Assembly: GCA_018712385.1 (NCBI GenBank)
Contig: DVHC01000062.1
Coordinates: forward strand, 72,208-136,207
Length of the DNA: 64,000 nucleotides
Source: Candidatus Onthousia excrementipullorum
GTDB taxonomy: Bacteria; Bacillota_I; Bacilli_A; RF39; UBA660
Reading direction: 5' to 3'
Every line of letters begins with the position of its first letter. Within the stretch, counting starts at the first letter, position 1. A program made the position numbers and the translations under genes. Below are positions 1 to 8,513 of the stretch, piece by piece. The notes beneath the pieces are model-generated. The model had not been told where the DNA came from. It made no database searches and saw only the letters and a program-made list of their open reading frames with translations.

Positions 1-666
1 CATGGCACAGTCACCACAGAATATTTTAGCAGGATAGAAGTTATGAAGTAAAAATCCTAATGTTGCTCCTAACATTATAAATGTTAATATCATAACTAAA
101 CTACCACTACGTCCTTGGAAAAATCCTATAATACCTATTGTTAAGAAGAAGATGCTACTAATTCCTCCACTTAAGCCATCTAAGCCATCGATTAAGTTTA
201 TTATATTTACACATGCTACTACAAAGAGAATTGTTAAAGGATAGGAGAACCATCCAAAGTTAATAGTATAACCAAAGGCCGTTATGTTATTTAATAGGAA
301 TCCTCCATAAAATACTAGGATAGAGGCTGCTATTATTTGGCCAATTAATTTTGTCCTTGCACGAATAGATTTTATATCATCGGCAATACCAGTTAATATT
401 ATGATAAAACTTCCTATTAAGATAGAATTCATCTGAACACTTTCTGTTCCAAATAACATATAACCTATTAGGAAAGCTAAAAATATACCAACTCCTCCTA
501 ATTTAGGGGTAGCTTTAGTATGAATATGTCTATGCCCTTCATCACTTCTTGGTATGTCCATTGCTCCTATATGTTTTGCTATTCTTTTCATAAAGGGCAT
601 TATTAAAGCAGAGCATAAAAACGTTGTTATAACTATTTTTAGAGTCTCTATTATTTGTTGATTCAT
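1..666 (-). CDS. Glycosyltransferase family 4 (TagO/WecA/MraY-like polyprenyl-phosphate sugar-1-phosphate transferase). Only the N-terminal part is present; the gene runs off the window edge.
   Basis: Not in the ORF track because there is no stop in the window. Reverse translation from the ATG at 664-666 gives MNQQIIETLKIVITTF...KLGGVGIFLAF...GIADDIKSI...NIINLIDGLDGLSGG. It has several TM segments and the NxxNxxDGxDGL motif of this family. Confidence 0.75.
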   Translation of the reverse strand, partial: MNQQIIETLKIVITTFLCSALIMPFMKRIAKHIGAMDIPRSDEGHRHIHTKATPKLGGVGIFLAFLIGYMLFGTESVQMNSILIGSFIIILTGIADDIKSIRARTKLIGQIIAASILVFYGGFLLNNITAFGYTINFGWFSYPLTILFVVACVNIINLIDGLDGLSGGISSIFFLTIGIIGFFQGRSGSLVMILTFIMLGATLGFLLHNFYPAKIFCGDCAM

Positions 667-742
667 AGTTTTTCCTCTTTTCTAAAATAATTATAACAAG
701 TGGAATAGATTTTTACAATAAAAGAAAAACAACTTAATATTT

Positions 743-1738
743 TTAGTTGTTATCTTCTAATAATCTAATGTTATCTAAAAGTACTCCTGTTCCTTCTACT
801 ACACAAGTTAGAGGACTATCTGCAATTAGAACTGGAACTTTTAATTCTTTCTTTAAGACTTCATTAAGTCCTTTAAGCATAGAACCTCCTCCAGTTAATA
901 TTATACCTTTATCCACAATATCTGCGGATAACTCTGGTGGTGTTTGTTCTAAGACATTAGTCGCTGCTTTAACAATTTTATAAATAGATTCATGTAAAGC
1001 TTCTTCTGTTTCTTGTTCATTTATTTCAATGGTATTAGGTAGACCTGTTACTAAGTCTCTTCCTCTTACTTCAATTTTGTTCTTTTTATCAGGTTCATAT
1101 AGGTTTGCAAATTCTATTTTTATATCTTCTGCTGTTTTTTCTCCTATTAATAATTTATATTTTTCTTTAATGTATTTAACAATATCTTGGTCAAAAACGT
1201 TACCTGCTATGCGAACTGAGGCACTATTTACGATATCATTTAATGAAAGTATGGCAATATCAGTAGTACCTCCTCCAATATCTATTACCATGTTAGCACT
1301 AGGCTTAGATATATCCATACCTGCTCCTATTGCTGCTACTTTAGGCTCTTCTTCTAAAAATACTTTTCTAGCACCAGTTCTCTCAGCTGCTTCTTTAATA
1401 GCATTTTTTTCAACAGGAGTTACATTAGTAGGACAACATATCAATATTCTAGGTCTTGATAAAAAGTTCCTAGCATGGATTTTTCTTATAAAATAGTCTA
1501 ACATTATTTCGGTAATCTCAAAATCAGCGATTACGCCATCTTTCATAGGCTTAATAGCTTTTACTTTCTCAGGAGTCCTACCTAGCATTTCACTTGCTTC
1601 TTTGCCTACAGCTACTACTTTTTTATTATCAGTATCAATAGCGACTACACTAGGTTCATTTAAAACTATTCCTTGTCCTTTAATATAAATTAATACATTT
1701 GCAGTTCCTAAATCTATACCAATATCTTTTGATAACAT
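743..1738 (-). CDS. mreB: Rod-shape-determining actin homologue MreB/Mbl
   Basis: 331 aa. Starts IGIDLGTANVLIY, with DIGGGTTDIA and GGGSMLKGL actin-fold phosphate/adenosine motifs. Confidence 0.95.
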   Translation of the reverse strand: MLSKDIGIDLGTANVLIYIKGQGIVLNEPSVVAIDTDNKKVVAVGKEASEMLGRTPEKVKAIKPMKDGVIADFEITEIMLDYFIRKIHARNFLSRPRILICCPTNVTPVEKNAIKEAAERTGARKVFLEEEPKVAAIGAGMDISKPSANMVIDIGGGTTDIAILSLNDIVNSASVRIAGNVFDQDIVKYIKEKYKLLIGEKTAEDIKIEFANLYEPDKKNKIEVRGRDLVTGLPNTIEINEQETEEALHESIYKIVKAATNVLEQTPPELSADIVDKGIILTGGGSMLKGLNEVLKKELKVPVLIADSPLTCVVEGTGVLLDNIRLLEDNN

Positions 1739-1818
1739 TCTATCACGTCCTTTTACTGTTAATATTTTAGCAGAAATATAAACTATTGTAAATTACTTTT
1801 CTAAGAAAAAAACGGCAT

Positions 1819-2541
1819 TTACTCCGTTTCTTCATTAGTGTTACTATTATCGCTTGTATCTTCAGTAGTGGTATTATCAGAAGTACTTTTTTCAGTAGTA
1901 TCACTAATTACTTGATCAAAGTATTTGCTAGGGTCTACTACTTCACCTGATTTGTAAAGTTCAAAATGTAAATGGTTTCCTAAATCTTGATCAATTGTAT
2001 TTGTTCCACTTTTACCTATTACTTGTCCTTGTTTAACTGTATCGTTCTTTTTAACTGATACTTCACTTAGACTTTGATAACTACTAATGAAGTCATTATC
2101 ATGCTTTATTTCTACAACTGTTCCAAGAAGTTCATCTTCTCTTACATCTACTACTGTTCCATCTAAAACTGATACTACATCAAAGGTATTTTCTAGTCCA
2201 AAGTCCATACCAGAGTTTTGAATGTAAGTGTTTTCGTGATAAAGAATTGATTTTTCTTGGCTGTCGGCATTAGCTTGATAATCATAGAAGTATTTAAGAA
2301 CTTGGACATTTTCATCTGTATATGGCTTTACCATTTTAACGTCCTCTTTAATTACTTCTCTATCCTTTTCATCATCATCAATTATAGATGAATTAACATA
2401 TTCTATGTCTTCTTCAGTAGGATTATTCGCTTGCATATTTTGACTTACATAGAAAGCACTCATTCCTGTTAGTGAGAAAGCAATTAGGTATGCTCCGATA
2501 ATAGCTCCTTTTTTTAATCTTAATTTTTTCATTAACATCAC
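1819..2541 (-). CDS. Membrane-anchored M23 (LytM-domain) peptidase, SpoIIQ-like by size, topology and position next to mreB
   Basis: N-terminal TM segment, HDNDFISSY (HxxxD) and GNHLHFELY (HxH) M23 motifs, acidic/Thr-rich tail. Confidence 0.7.
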   Translation of the reverse strand: MMLMKKLRLKKGAIIGAYLIAFSLTGMSAFYVSQNMQANNPTEEDIEYVNSSIIDDDEKDREVIKEDVKMVKPYTDENVQVLKYFYDYQANADSQEKSILYHENTYIQNSGMDFGLENTFDVVSVLDGTVVDVREDELLGTVVEIKHDNDFISSYQSLSEVSVKKNDTVKQGQVIGKSGTNTIDQDLGNHLHFELYKSGEVVDPSKYFDQVISDTTEKSTSDNTTTEDTSDNSNTNEETE

Positions 2542-2593
2542 CTCATTAAGAGTTTTAACGAAAATCTTAAAATTATACTTTAAATTTTAATTT

Positions 2594-2791
2594 TTAAACA
2601 ATTATAGCAGATTCATATAAGTCATAGATACAGTTTGTTACTAGGTAGATTAAGGAAATTGCTAAAAAGAAATAAAATACTCTTGCTTGCCAAATTTTAT
2701 TTTTTTTAAAAATAGCATTTATGTTAATGGAATCTAAACTCCAAATAACAATAATTGTTACGATAAAATATAAAAAGTATTTAACGCTCAT
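2594..2791 (-). CDS. Small two-TM membrane protein, DUF1146 (YwzB-like)
   Basis: 65 aa with two hydrophobic helices flanking KKNKIWQARVF. This resembles B. subtilis YwzB, which also lies near murA/mbl (from memory). Confidence 0.5.
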   Translation of the reverse strand: MSVKYFLYFIVTIIVIWSLDSININAIFKKNKIWQARVFYFFLAISLIYLVTNCIYDLYESAIIV

Positions 2792-3227
2792 TTCCTACCT
2801 CATATTCTTTTATTTCATTTATTCTTCTAATATGTCTTTCTTGATTTGAAAATGGAGTTGTTATAAAGGTAATAATTAGGTTATATGCTGTATCTACTGA
2901 CATATTTTCATTTAAGCAGATGATATTAGCATCATTATCTCCTCTTGTTTCTATTACATCTTCTAGCGATAAAACTCTAGCGGCACGCACTCCTTTTACT
3001 TTATTGCAGGCAATAGATATGCCGATACCGCTACCACAGATAGCAATACCAAAATCTATTTCTTTATTAGCAAGAGCTTCTCCTAATTTAAATGCATATA
3101 AAGGATAATCTACATTTTCTGTTCCTTTAGCACCATAATCTATTATTTCGTAATCTTTTTTTAATTTTTCTAAAAGTTCTACTTTTAATTTATAACCTCT
3201 ATGGTCATTAGTTATTCCTAATCTCAT
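2781..3227 (-). CDS. rpiB: Ribose-5-phosphate isomerase B (RpiB/LacAB family)
   Basis: 148 aa; MRLGITNDHRGYKLK... and GIAICGSGIGISIACNKVKGVRAA are typical RpiB. Confidence 0.85.
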   Translation of the reverse strand: MRLGITNDHRGYKLKVELLEKLKKDYEIIDYGAKGTENVDYPLYAFKLGEALANKEIDFGIAICGSGIGISIACNKVKGVRAARVLSLEDVIETRGDNDANIICLNENMSVDTAYNLIITFITTPFSNQERHIRRINEIKEYEVGNER

Positions 3228-3313
3228 ATTCTCCTCTTTTCTATTATTGTGGATTTAAACACTTATATTATAACATAACATAAAAGAAAAAAGCAGTAGG
3301 CACTGCTTATTCT

Positions 3314-3523
3314 CTAATCTTTTTTATTAAAACCATATTTCTTATTAAACTTCTCTACTTGTCCTGCTTTAGATGCTCTTCCTTGTTTCCCTGTATAGAA
3401 TGGATGACAATTTGAACATACTTCAACATTTATTTCATCTTTATTAGACATTACTTCAAATGTTGCACCACAAGCACATGTTACTTTACATGGTCTATAG
3501 TTTGCTGGATTATTTTTTGCCAT
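3314..3523 (-). CDS. rpmE: 50S ribosomal protein L31 (Zn-ribbon type)
   Basis: CxxC...CSNCHPFYTGKQ motif. Start moved to MAKNN (ATG at 3523), which is preceded by AAAGGAGAG; the track start at 3562 lacks an RBS. Confidence 0.9.
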   Translation of the reverse strand: MAKNNPANYRPCKVTCACGATFEVMSNKDEINVEVCSNCHPFYTGKQGRASKAGQVEKFNKKYGFNKKD

Positions 3524-3597
3524 TTTTCTTCTCTCCTTTCGCCATGATAATTTATTTATCATAGAAATTATCCCCTTAAGGAACTAATTCGCTACTT

Positions 3598-3626
3598 AAT
3601 ATATCAAATTATTTAAGATTTGACAA
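3598..3626 (-). promoter_or_regulatory. Candidate sigma-A promoter for rpmE
   Basis: Minus strand reads TTGTCA, 17 nt, TATATT, with an upstream TG (extended -10). Confidence 0.4.
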
Positions 3627-3710
3627 GGTTTTTAACAGATTTTCATACCTAAATATTAAATCTAAAGTAGTATTTACGAAAATTCGTAACTAATTTATTA
3701 CATTTTTATC

Positions 3711-3739
3711 TTGCTATCTAGAAGTCAATATGATACTAT
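3711..3739 (+). promoter_or_regulatory. Candidate sigma-A promoter driving the small hydrophobic ORF
   Basis: TTGCTA (3711-3716), 17 nt spacer, TACTAT (3734-3739), with TG at 3731-3732 (extended -10). Confidence 0.45.
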
Positions 3740-3800
3740 TAACTTAGGAACATTTAATAGTTGGGTGAAGCCAAACTCTATAAACGAGGGAGGTGTTACA

Positions 3801-3884
3801 ATGAACAAGAAAGATTTTTTAATTTTTTCTTTAGTAATTATAATCTTCCTTTTACTATTCTTACTGTTTATAGTATTAATATAA
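3801..3884 (+). CDS. Unannotated 27-aa hydrophobic peptide (MNKKDFLIFSLVIIIFLLLFLLFIVLI); candidate type I toxin-like or small membrane protein
   Basis: Strong SD GGGAGGTG lies 6 nt upstream of the ATG. The peptide is a short charged N-terminus plus a single TM helix. It is below the ORF-track length cutoff. Confidence 0.35.
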   Translation: MNKKDFLIFSLVIIIFLLLFLLFIVLI

Positions 3885-3892
3885 AAGAAAGT

Positions 3893-3919
3893 CACCTAAC
3901 TCACAACGTGGATTAGGTG
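3893..3919. terminator. Imperfect hairpin; candidate terminator, better on the minus strand
   Basis: Arms CACCTAA and TTAGGTG with an inner CAC/GTG pair. On the minus strand it is followed by ACTTTCTTTTAT; on the plus strand there is no U-tract. Confidence 0.35.
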
Positions 3920-3927
3920 GTTTAACA

Positions 3928-3956
3928 ATTATATGTTGGCTCACTCAACACGGTAA
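3928..3956 (-). promoter_or_regulatory. Candidate convergent promoter for a short RNA antisense to the 3' end of the small-ORF transcript
   Basis: Minus strand reads TTACCG (3951-3956), 17 nt, TATAAT (3928-3933). The predicted start lies just upstream of the hairpin at 3893-3919. Confidence 0.3.
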
Positions 3957-4056
3957 TATTAAGTGTTCCTTTTACTATTGTATAAAAATTTTTCTTACAT
4001 ATACATCTTATCACATAAGTATCTTTTTAGCAAGAGGGTTTTCACTAGAATTTAAT

Positions 4057-4779
4057 CTATAGATAATCCTCTATTATTTTTGTTGCAATCATTTGATAAG
4101 CTTCTGTTGTTGGATAAATGTTAGTAGGATTATCTATGTAGTTTTTATTTCTTTTAAATAGATTATAAATATCTAAGTACTCTATATCATAAGTTTTACA
4201 AAGAGCTTTAGTTTTGGTTATTAAATAAGTATAGAGTCTTTCTGTTGTTAAACTTTCCTCTTCTAGAGGATTATAAAATCCTATAAATATTATATCTTCT
4301 TTAGCATATTTTCTTAACTCTTTAAAAAGAGCATCTAACTCTTCAATAATTTTATCTACTATAGTAGTTATTTCTTTGTTAGATAGGTTTTCCACAGTTA
4401 CTGTGGATAAAGTTAATTCTGTTAGAATATCATCCATTCCTACTGATAAAGTTACTAATTCAGCTTCACGGAGACATTTTTTTAAAGATAAAGATTTACC
4501 ATCTTTTTTTATAGTCCAATTTGTTTCTAATTTATTTTCTAAATCTACTATTCTTGTGCCACTTGTAGAAAAATAGTTATTATAGCTTTTTAGTAAGTCT
4601 TTATCTTTAAGATAATTAGATAGATAGTTACTATAACCATAGTTAGTGTTACCATTGGAGTCTATTCCAACACTTAAAGAATCTCCTATCGATATATATG
4701 TTATCTTATCAGTATGATTAAAGTAATAGATTGTATATACTAAAAGGCAGATGATTAAAAGACAAAGTATTTTTTTCAT
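4057..4779 (-). CDS. SGNH/GDSL-family hydrolase-like protein with N-terminal signal/anchor
   Basis: Block I ISIGDSLSVG is present. Start moved to MKKIL (ATG at 4779) because the GGAGG RBS lies inside the longer track ORF. Blocks III and V look degenerate (see findings). Confidence 0.65.
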   Translation of the reverse strand: MKKILCLLIICLLVYTIYYFNHTDKITYISIGDSLSVGIDSNGNTNYGYSNYLSNYLKDKDLLKSYNNYFSTSGTRIVDLENKLETNWTIKKDGKSLSLKKCLREAELVTLSVGMDDILTELTLSTVTVENLSNKEITTIVDKIIEELDALFKELRKYAKEDIIFIGFYNPLEEESLTTERLYTYLITKTKALCKTYDIEYLDIYNLFKRNKNYIDNPTNIYPTTEAYQMIATKIIEDYL

Positions 4780-4847
4780 TTTTACCTCCAAAAAAAGACT
4801 AGAGTCATATATTATAATTATATTTCTCTAGTCTCTTTTTAATGCTT

Positions 4848-6101
4848 CTATATGTCTTTTAATTCAAGATTTGCTCCTACTCCTAGGAGTTTTTCAACAA
4901 TATTTTCATAACCTCTTAAAATGTGTTCAACATTAGTTATCTTTGTAGTACCACTTGCCATTAAGCCAGCGATTACTAAAGATGCTCCGGCTCTAAGGTC
5001 AGTGGCAACTACATCTGTTCCTGTTAATTTGGTTGGACCAATGATAGTTGAAGTTTGATTTTTTACTCTTATATCGGCACCCATTTGATTTAGATATGGT
5101 ATGTGCATAAATCTATTTTCATAAATTGTTTCTTCTATTTTACTTCTACCATTACACATTGTAAGAAGTGGTGTTAGTGGTTGTTGAAGGTCCGTTGCAA
5201 AACCTGGATATGTTTGGGTTTTAACATTTACTGGTTTATAGTTTTCACCACTACTTACAATTATATAATCTGCTCCAATATCTAGGAAAACTCCCATTTC
5301 TTCTAATTTACTAGTTAAAGCTTCTATATGTTCTGGAATAATATTAGATATTTTTAAATTGTTACCGATGGCAGCGCCAAGGATTACATATGTTCCTGCT
5401 TCTATTCTATCAGGAATTACTTCGTGGAAGCATTTTCCTAACTTTTCAACACCAATAATTTCAATACTACTTGTTCCTGCTCCTCTTATTTTAGCACCCA
5501 TGTTGTTTAGTAGGGTTGCGACATTAACGATTTCTGGTTCTTTAGCAGCATTATCAATAATAGTTGTTCCTTTAGCAAGAACAGCTGCTAGCATGATATT
5601 AATTGTGGCACCAACGCTTGCAAAGTCTAGATAGATATTAGCACCCTTTAACTCTTTTGCTTCTACGGTATAAATATTTTCTTTGTTAGTAACTGTAGCA
5701 CCTAATGCTTCAAAACCTTTAAGATGAAGATTAATTGGTCTTGCTCCTATTGAACAGCCTCCAGGTAAAGCCATCGTTACTTTTTTAAATTTACCAAGCA
5801 TGGCTCCCATAAAGTAGTATGATGCTCTTAGTTTCTTAGTGTACATACTAGGTATTTCTTTGTTTACCATATCCCTTGGATTAATAACAAGACTTTCTGT
5901 CGCTCTTTTTACATCAACATTTAAAAACTCTAATATCTCACACAAAGCAGCGGTATCTGTAATATCAGGGACATTGCAGATAGTTACTTCTTCACTTGAT
6001 AGAATTGCTGCCGGTATTAATGCCACTACACTATTTTTAGCCCCACTTATTCTTATTGTTCCAGAAAGAGGATTGCCTCCTTTTATTTCAAGCATTTTCA
6101 T
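4848..6101 (-). CDS. murA: UDP-N-acetylglucosamine 1-carboxyvinyltransferase
   Basis: 417 aa; MKMLEIKGGNPLSGTIRISGAKNS... with the LPGGCSIGARPI active-site Cys loop. Confidence 0.95.
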   Translation of the reverse strand: MKMLEIKGGNPLSGTIRISGAKNSVVALIPAAILSSEEVTICNVPDITDTAALCEILEFLNVDVKRATESLVINPRDMVNKEIPSMYTKKLRASYYFMGAMLGKFKKVTMALPGGCSIGARPINLHLKGFEALGATVTNKENIYTVEAKELKGANIYLDFASVGATINIMLAAVLAKGTTIIDNAAKEPEIVNVATLLNNMGAKIRGAGTSSIEIIGVEKLGKCFHEVIPDRIEAGTYVILGAAIGNNLKISNIIPEHIEALTSKLEEMGVFLDIGADYIIVSSGENYKPVNVKTQTYPGFATDLQQPLTPLLTMCNGRSKIEETIYENRFMHIPYLNQMGADIRVKNQTSTIIGPTKLTGTDVVATDLRAGASLVIAGLMASGTTKITNVEHILRGYENIVEKLLGVGANLELKDI

Positions 6102-6139
6102 AGTTAATCACACACTTTCTACTATATTATATTATTAAT

Positions 6140-6997
6140 TTAATTTTTGGAACTAATATGATTTGGGTTAAAAACATCTACAAGCTCATTAATTTTATCT
6201 TTCATAGACATCTCTCCACTACCGATTACTTTCCTTGGGTCATATACACTAGGATTTTCTTTTATAAAGTCTACTACAGCTTTATGCCAAGTTACTTGTA
6301 ATTCTGTATTTATATTAATTTTACTAATTCCACAGCTTATTGCCTTTTTTATCATATCATAAGGAATTCCTGTTCCACCATGCAATACTAATGGAATAGA
6401 TAAAGCCTCATTTATCTCTTTCATTCTATCAAAGTCAAGATTAGGTTCTCCTTTATATAATCCATGAACAGAACCTAAAGCAGGAGCGATAGAGTCTATT
6501 CCTGTTTTAGCAAGTTCAATGCAGTCTTCTAGAGTTGCTCTAAAGACATCACCATAAACATTATCTTCAGTACCACCAACATGGCCTACTTCTGCTTCTA
6601 CGGATACTCCTTTAGGATGAGCATAATCTACTACTTCTTTAGTTATTTTCTTATTAGTTTCTAAGTCATATTTACTAGCATCTATCATAACACTAGAAAA
6701 TCCAGCATCTATCGCTTCTTTACAACTTTCAAAACTACTTCCATGGTCTAGATGTAGGCAGACAGGAATAGTTATATTTAAATCTTTAATTAATCCTTCT
6801 ACCATACATCTTACAGCATAAAAACCTCCCATATACTTTTTAGCACCTTCACTAACACCTAATATTACGGGAAGATTTTCTTCTTGCATTTTCTCTAAAA
6901 TATATTTTGTCCACTCTAAATTATTTATATTAAAATGTGGAACGGCATATTTCTTTTCTTTGGCATCTTTTAACATTTCATTAAAATTTACTAACAC
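6140..6997 (-). CDS. fba: Class II fructose-1,6-bisphosphate aldolase
   Basis: [18 protein letters not shown] and LVLHGGTG motifs. Start moved to the GTG at 6997 (xLVNFNEML), 5 nt after AAGGTGA; the track ATG at 7012 would sit at the predicted transcription start. Confidence 0.9.
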   Translation of the reverse strand: MLVNFNEMLKDAKEKKYAVPHFNINNLEWTKYILEKMQEENLPVILGVSEGAKKYMGGFYAVRCMVEGLIKDLNITIPVCLHLDHGSSFESCKEAIDAGFSSVMIDASKYDLETNKKITKEVVDYAHPKGVSVEAEVGHVGGTEDNVYGDVFRATLEDCIELAKTGIDSIAPALGSVHGLYKGEPNLDFDRMKEINEALSIPLVLHGGTGIPYDMIKKAISCGISKININTELQVTWHKAVVDFIKENPSVYDPRKVIGSGEMSMKDKINELVDVFNPNHISSKN

Positions 6998-7016
6998 TAT
7001 TATCACCTTCATATAT

Positions 7017-7046
7017 ATAATAATGCATGTATCTAGTGTTTGTCAA
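7017..7046 (-). promoter_or_regulatory. Candidate sigma-A promoter for fba
   Basis: Minus strand reads TTGACA (7041-7046), 17-18 nt, TTATTA/TATTAT. Confidence 0.45.
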
Positions 7047-7107
7047 AAGAAAAAGAAAGTTGTTTCTTCCTTTTAATTGCTTATTATTTATTATATTTAA
7101 TATAAAA

Positions 7108-7183
7108 ATCACACTTTTGCAACTTTTTTTAGACTTTTTATCACACTTTTGCAGGTATTTTTGCTTTATTCATCACACTTTTG
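7108..7183. repeat. Three direct copies of ATCACACTTTTG with exact 32-bp phasing, upstream of the fba promoter
   Basis: Copies start at 7108, 7140 and 7172; the first two extend to ATCACACTTTTGCA. Confidence 0.6.
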
Positions 7184-7193
7184 TTTAAAATCA

Positions 7194-7221
7194 TAAAAAA
7201 AGAAGTGTTATTTAACTTCTT
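7194..7221 (-). terminator. Intrinsic terminator ending the spoIIR-mntP-small ORF transcript
   Basis: Minus strand reads AAGAAGT-TAAATAAC-ACTTCTT followed by TTTTTTTAT. The stem overlaps the stop codon of the 35-aa ORF. Confidence 0.6.
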
Positions 7222-7315
7222 TTACAAGTGGGTTTACAATATGAAATCTTAATGGAAGTATTTCTTTTTTCATAATCTCTTCCATCTCTTCATCTGTAAT
7301 TATTCTTTTTCTCAT
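7208..7315 (-). CDS. Unannotated 35-aa ORF (MRKRIITDEEMEEIMKKEILPLRFHIVNPLVKEVK), function unknown
   Basis: GGGTGAAG lies 6 nt upstream of the ATG and the terminator follows directly. It is below the ORF-track cutoff. Confidence 0.3.
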   Translation of the reverse strand: MRKRIITDEEMEEIMKKEILPLRFHIVNPLVKEVK

Positions 7316-7355
7316 AATACTTCACCCAAGTTTAGTTTTTACAATTTTTTTCTTT

Positions 7356-7901
7356 TTATTCAAAGAAATAAGTAAGTGCTAGTATAAATAGTAAAATACT
7401 TCCAATTATATTGGCGACTTTACCAAATTTTAAAGTTAAAAACTTACCGATATTAAGTCCTAAAAAGGTAAATATAAAACTTGTTATTGCAAAGATTGCT
7501 CCTGCTAAATAGATATTTTCATTATGAGTTCCTAGGGCAATTCCCACAGAGAAACTATCAATACTAACACTAAGACCAAAGAGAAAAGCATTCGCTAAAC
7601 TTTTAAAATCTTTTTTCTCTTCATCTAATTCTTTTATATTAAGTAACATCTCAACACTTAGAATAGTAAAGATTATTCCTACTAAAATATCGGGATTACT
7701 TATTATATGATGAACAATAAATAGTCCTAATATACTTCCTAAAAGGGGCATAAAAAAGTGAAATACTCCTACTGTTATACTTAAAAAGTTTTTAATTTTA
7801 TTAGATAGATTTAAGGTTCCATAGACAATAGATAAAGAAAAGGCATCCATACTTAGACCTATCGCTAGTATTATTAACTCTAAAATATCCAAAGTAATCA
7901 C
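7356..7901 (-). CDS. mntP: Manganese efflux pump MntP (DUF204 family)
   Basis: 181 aa with six TM helices and duplicated GLSMDAF / GLSVSIDSF motifs. Confidence 0.8.
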   Translation of the reverse strand: MITLDILELIILAIGLSMDAFSLSIVYGTLNLSNKIKNFLSITVGVFHFFMPLLGSILGLFIVHHIISNPDILVGIIFTILSVEMLLNIKELDEEKKDFKSLANAFLFGLSVSIDSFSVGIALGTHNENIYLAGAIFAITSFIFTFLGLNIGKFLTLKFGKVANIIGSILLFILALTYFFE

Positions 7902-7934
7902 CTATCAAATTTTATTCAGATAGGTAGATATTTA

Positions 7935-8462
7935 TTATAAGTATTTATCTATCATTTCTTTAACAAAAGATTTATACTCTACTTCATCAGTATTATTATC
8001 CTCACCTTCCATTAAACATAAAGGAGGAAATAAAACACACCACCAATTTTCACCATTACCACTTCCTAGAGTTACGACTAGTGACTCATAATAACCTTCT
8101 TCATATATAACTCCCTTATAGTTTTTCTCTGGGAAATAATTGATACCATAGTTTACTTTATAGCTCGTGTTTATCTTATTAGTTAGAAGTGTTCTTTCTA
8201 CTAAAGATTCAAAATGATTTTGATTTTCTTTTAAAATAGTTCTTGCCTCATCAATTGAAGTACTGTTTTTTAAAAGCTTATCTAAATCATCTTCTAAAGC
8301 ATCTTTAACAATAGTTTTCGCTTCTTGGTCTTCTTTAGTGTTTGATTCTGCTATTACTCTAAATCTTATCGCTTCATCAGGTATTACTATCTCATCACTT
8401 TCTTTATTTAAATTAGGTATAAATACTAAGATTAAACTTGCTAAGATTAAATATTTTTTCAT
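7935..8462 (-). CDS. spoIIR: Stage II sporulation protein R
   Basis: Signal peptide, IRFRVIAESN and GNGENWWCVLFPPLC signature. Same neighbourhood (prfA-prmC-spoIIR) as in B. subtilis. Confidence 0.9.
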   Translation of the reverse strand: MKKYLILASLILVFIPNLNKESDEIVIPDEAIRFRVIAESNTKEDQEAKTIVKDALEDDLDKLLKNSTSIDEARTILKENQNHFESLVERTLLTNKINTSYKVNYGINYFPEKNYKGVIYEEGYYESLVVTLGSGNGENWWCVLFPPLCLMEGEDNNTDEVEYKSFVKEMIDKYL

Positions 8463-8513
8463 ATAAAAATATCACCCTTTCTACACTTAATTAATGAGTG
8501 ATATTTTATATTT

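Noticed and set aside
747-1496. Plus-strand track ORFs 747-983 and 1029-1496, antisense to mreB. Similar antisense ORFs occur inside other genes, for example 2920-3108, 4376-4576, 5359-5634, 5839-6138, 8740-9045, 9487-9678, 13248-13481, 23491-23793, 23912-24133, 28577-28954, 29235-29471, 29993-30232, 31453-31752, 32046-32234, 33880-34260, 38576-39022, 39053-39307, 39637-39852, 41524-41937, 42085-42267, 44105-44386 and 47603-47797.
   Set aside because: Each lies entirely within, and antisense to, a confidently identified conserved gene. They have low-complexity Ser/Leu/Ile-rich translations and no RBS, so they are shadow ORFs typical of AT-rich coding DNA.
3674-3691. The 18-mer TTACGAAAATTCGTAACT, containing a near-palindrome TTACGAA-N2-TTCGTAA, is also present in reverse complement inside recF (46342-46359).
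   Set aside because: In recF it simply encodes the conserved VTNFRN motif. For AT-rich DNA of this length, about one chance 18-mer match is expected across both strands. I therefore do not regard it as a shared regulatory element. The intergenic palindrome alone remains a weak operator candidate.
7902-7934. Expected a yybP-ykoY manganese riboswitch upstream of mntP.
   Set aside because: Only 33 bp separate mntP from the spoIIR stop, so there is no room for the ~100-nt riboswitch. mntP appears to be co-transcribed with spoIIR.
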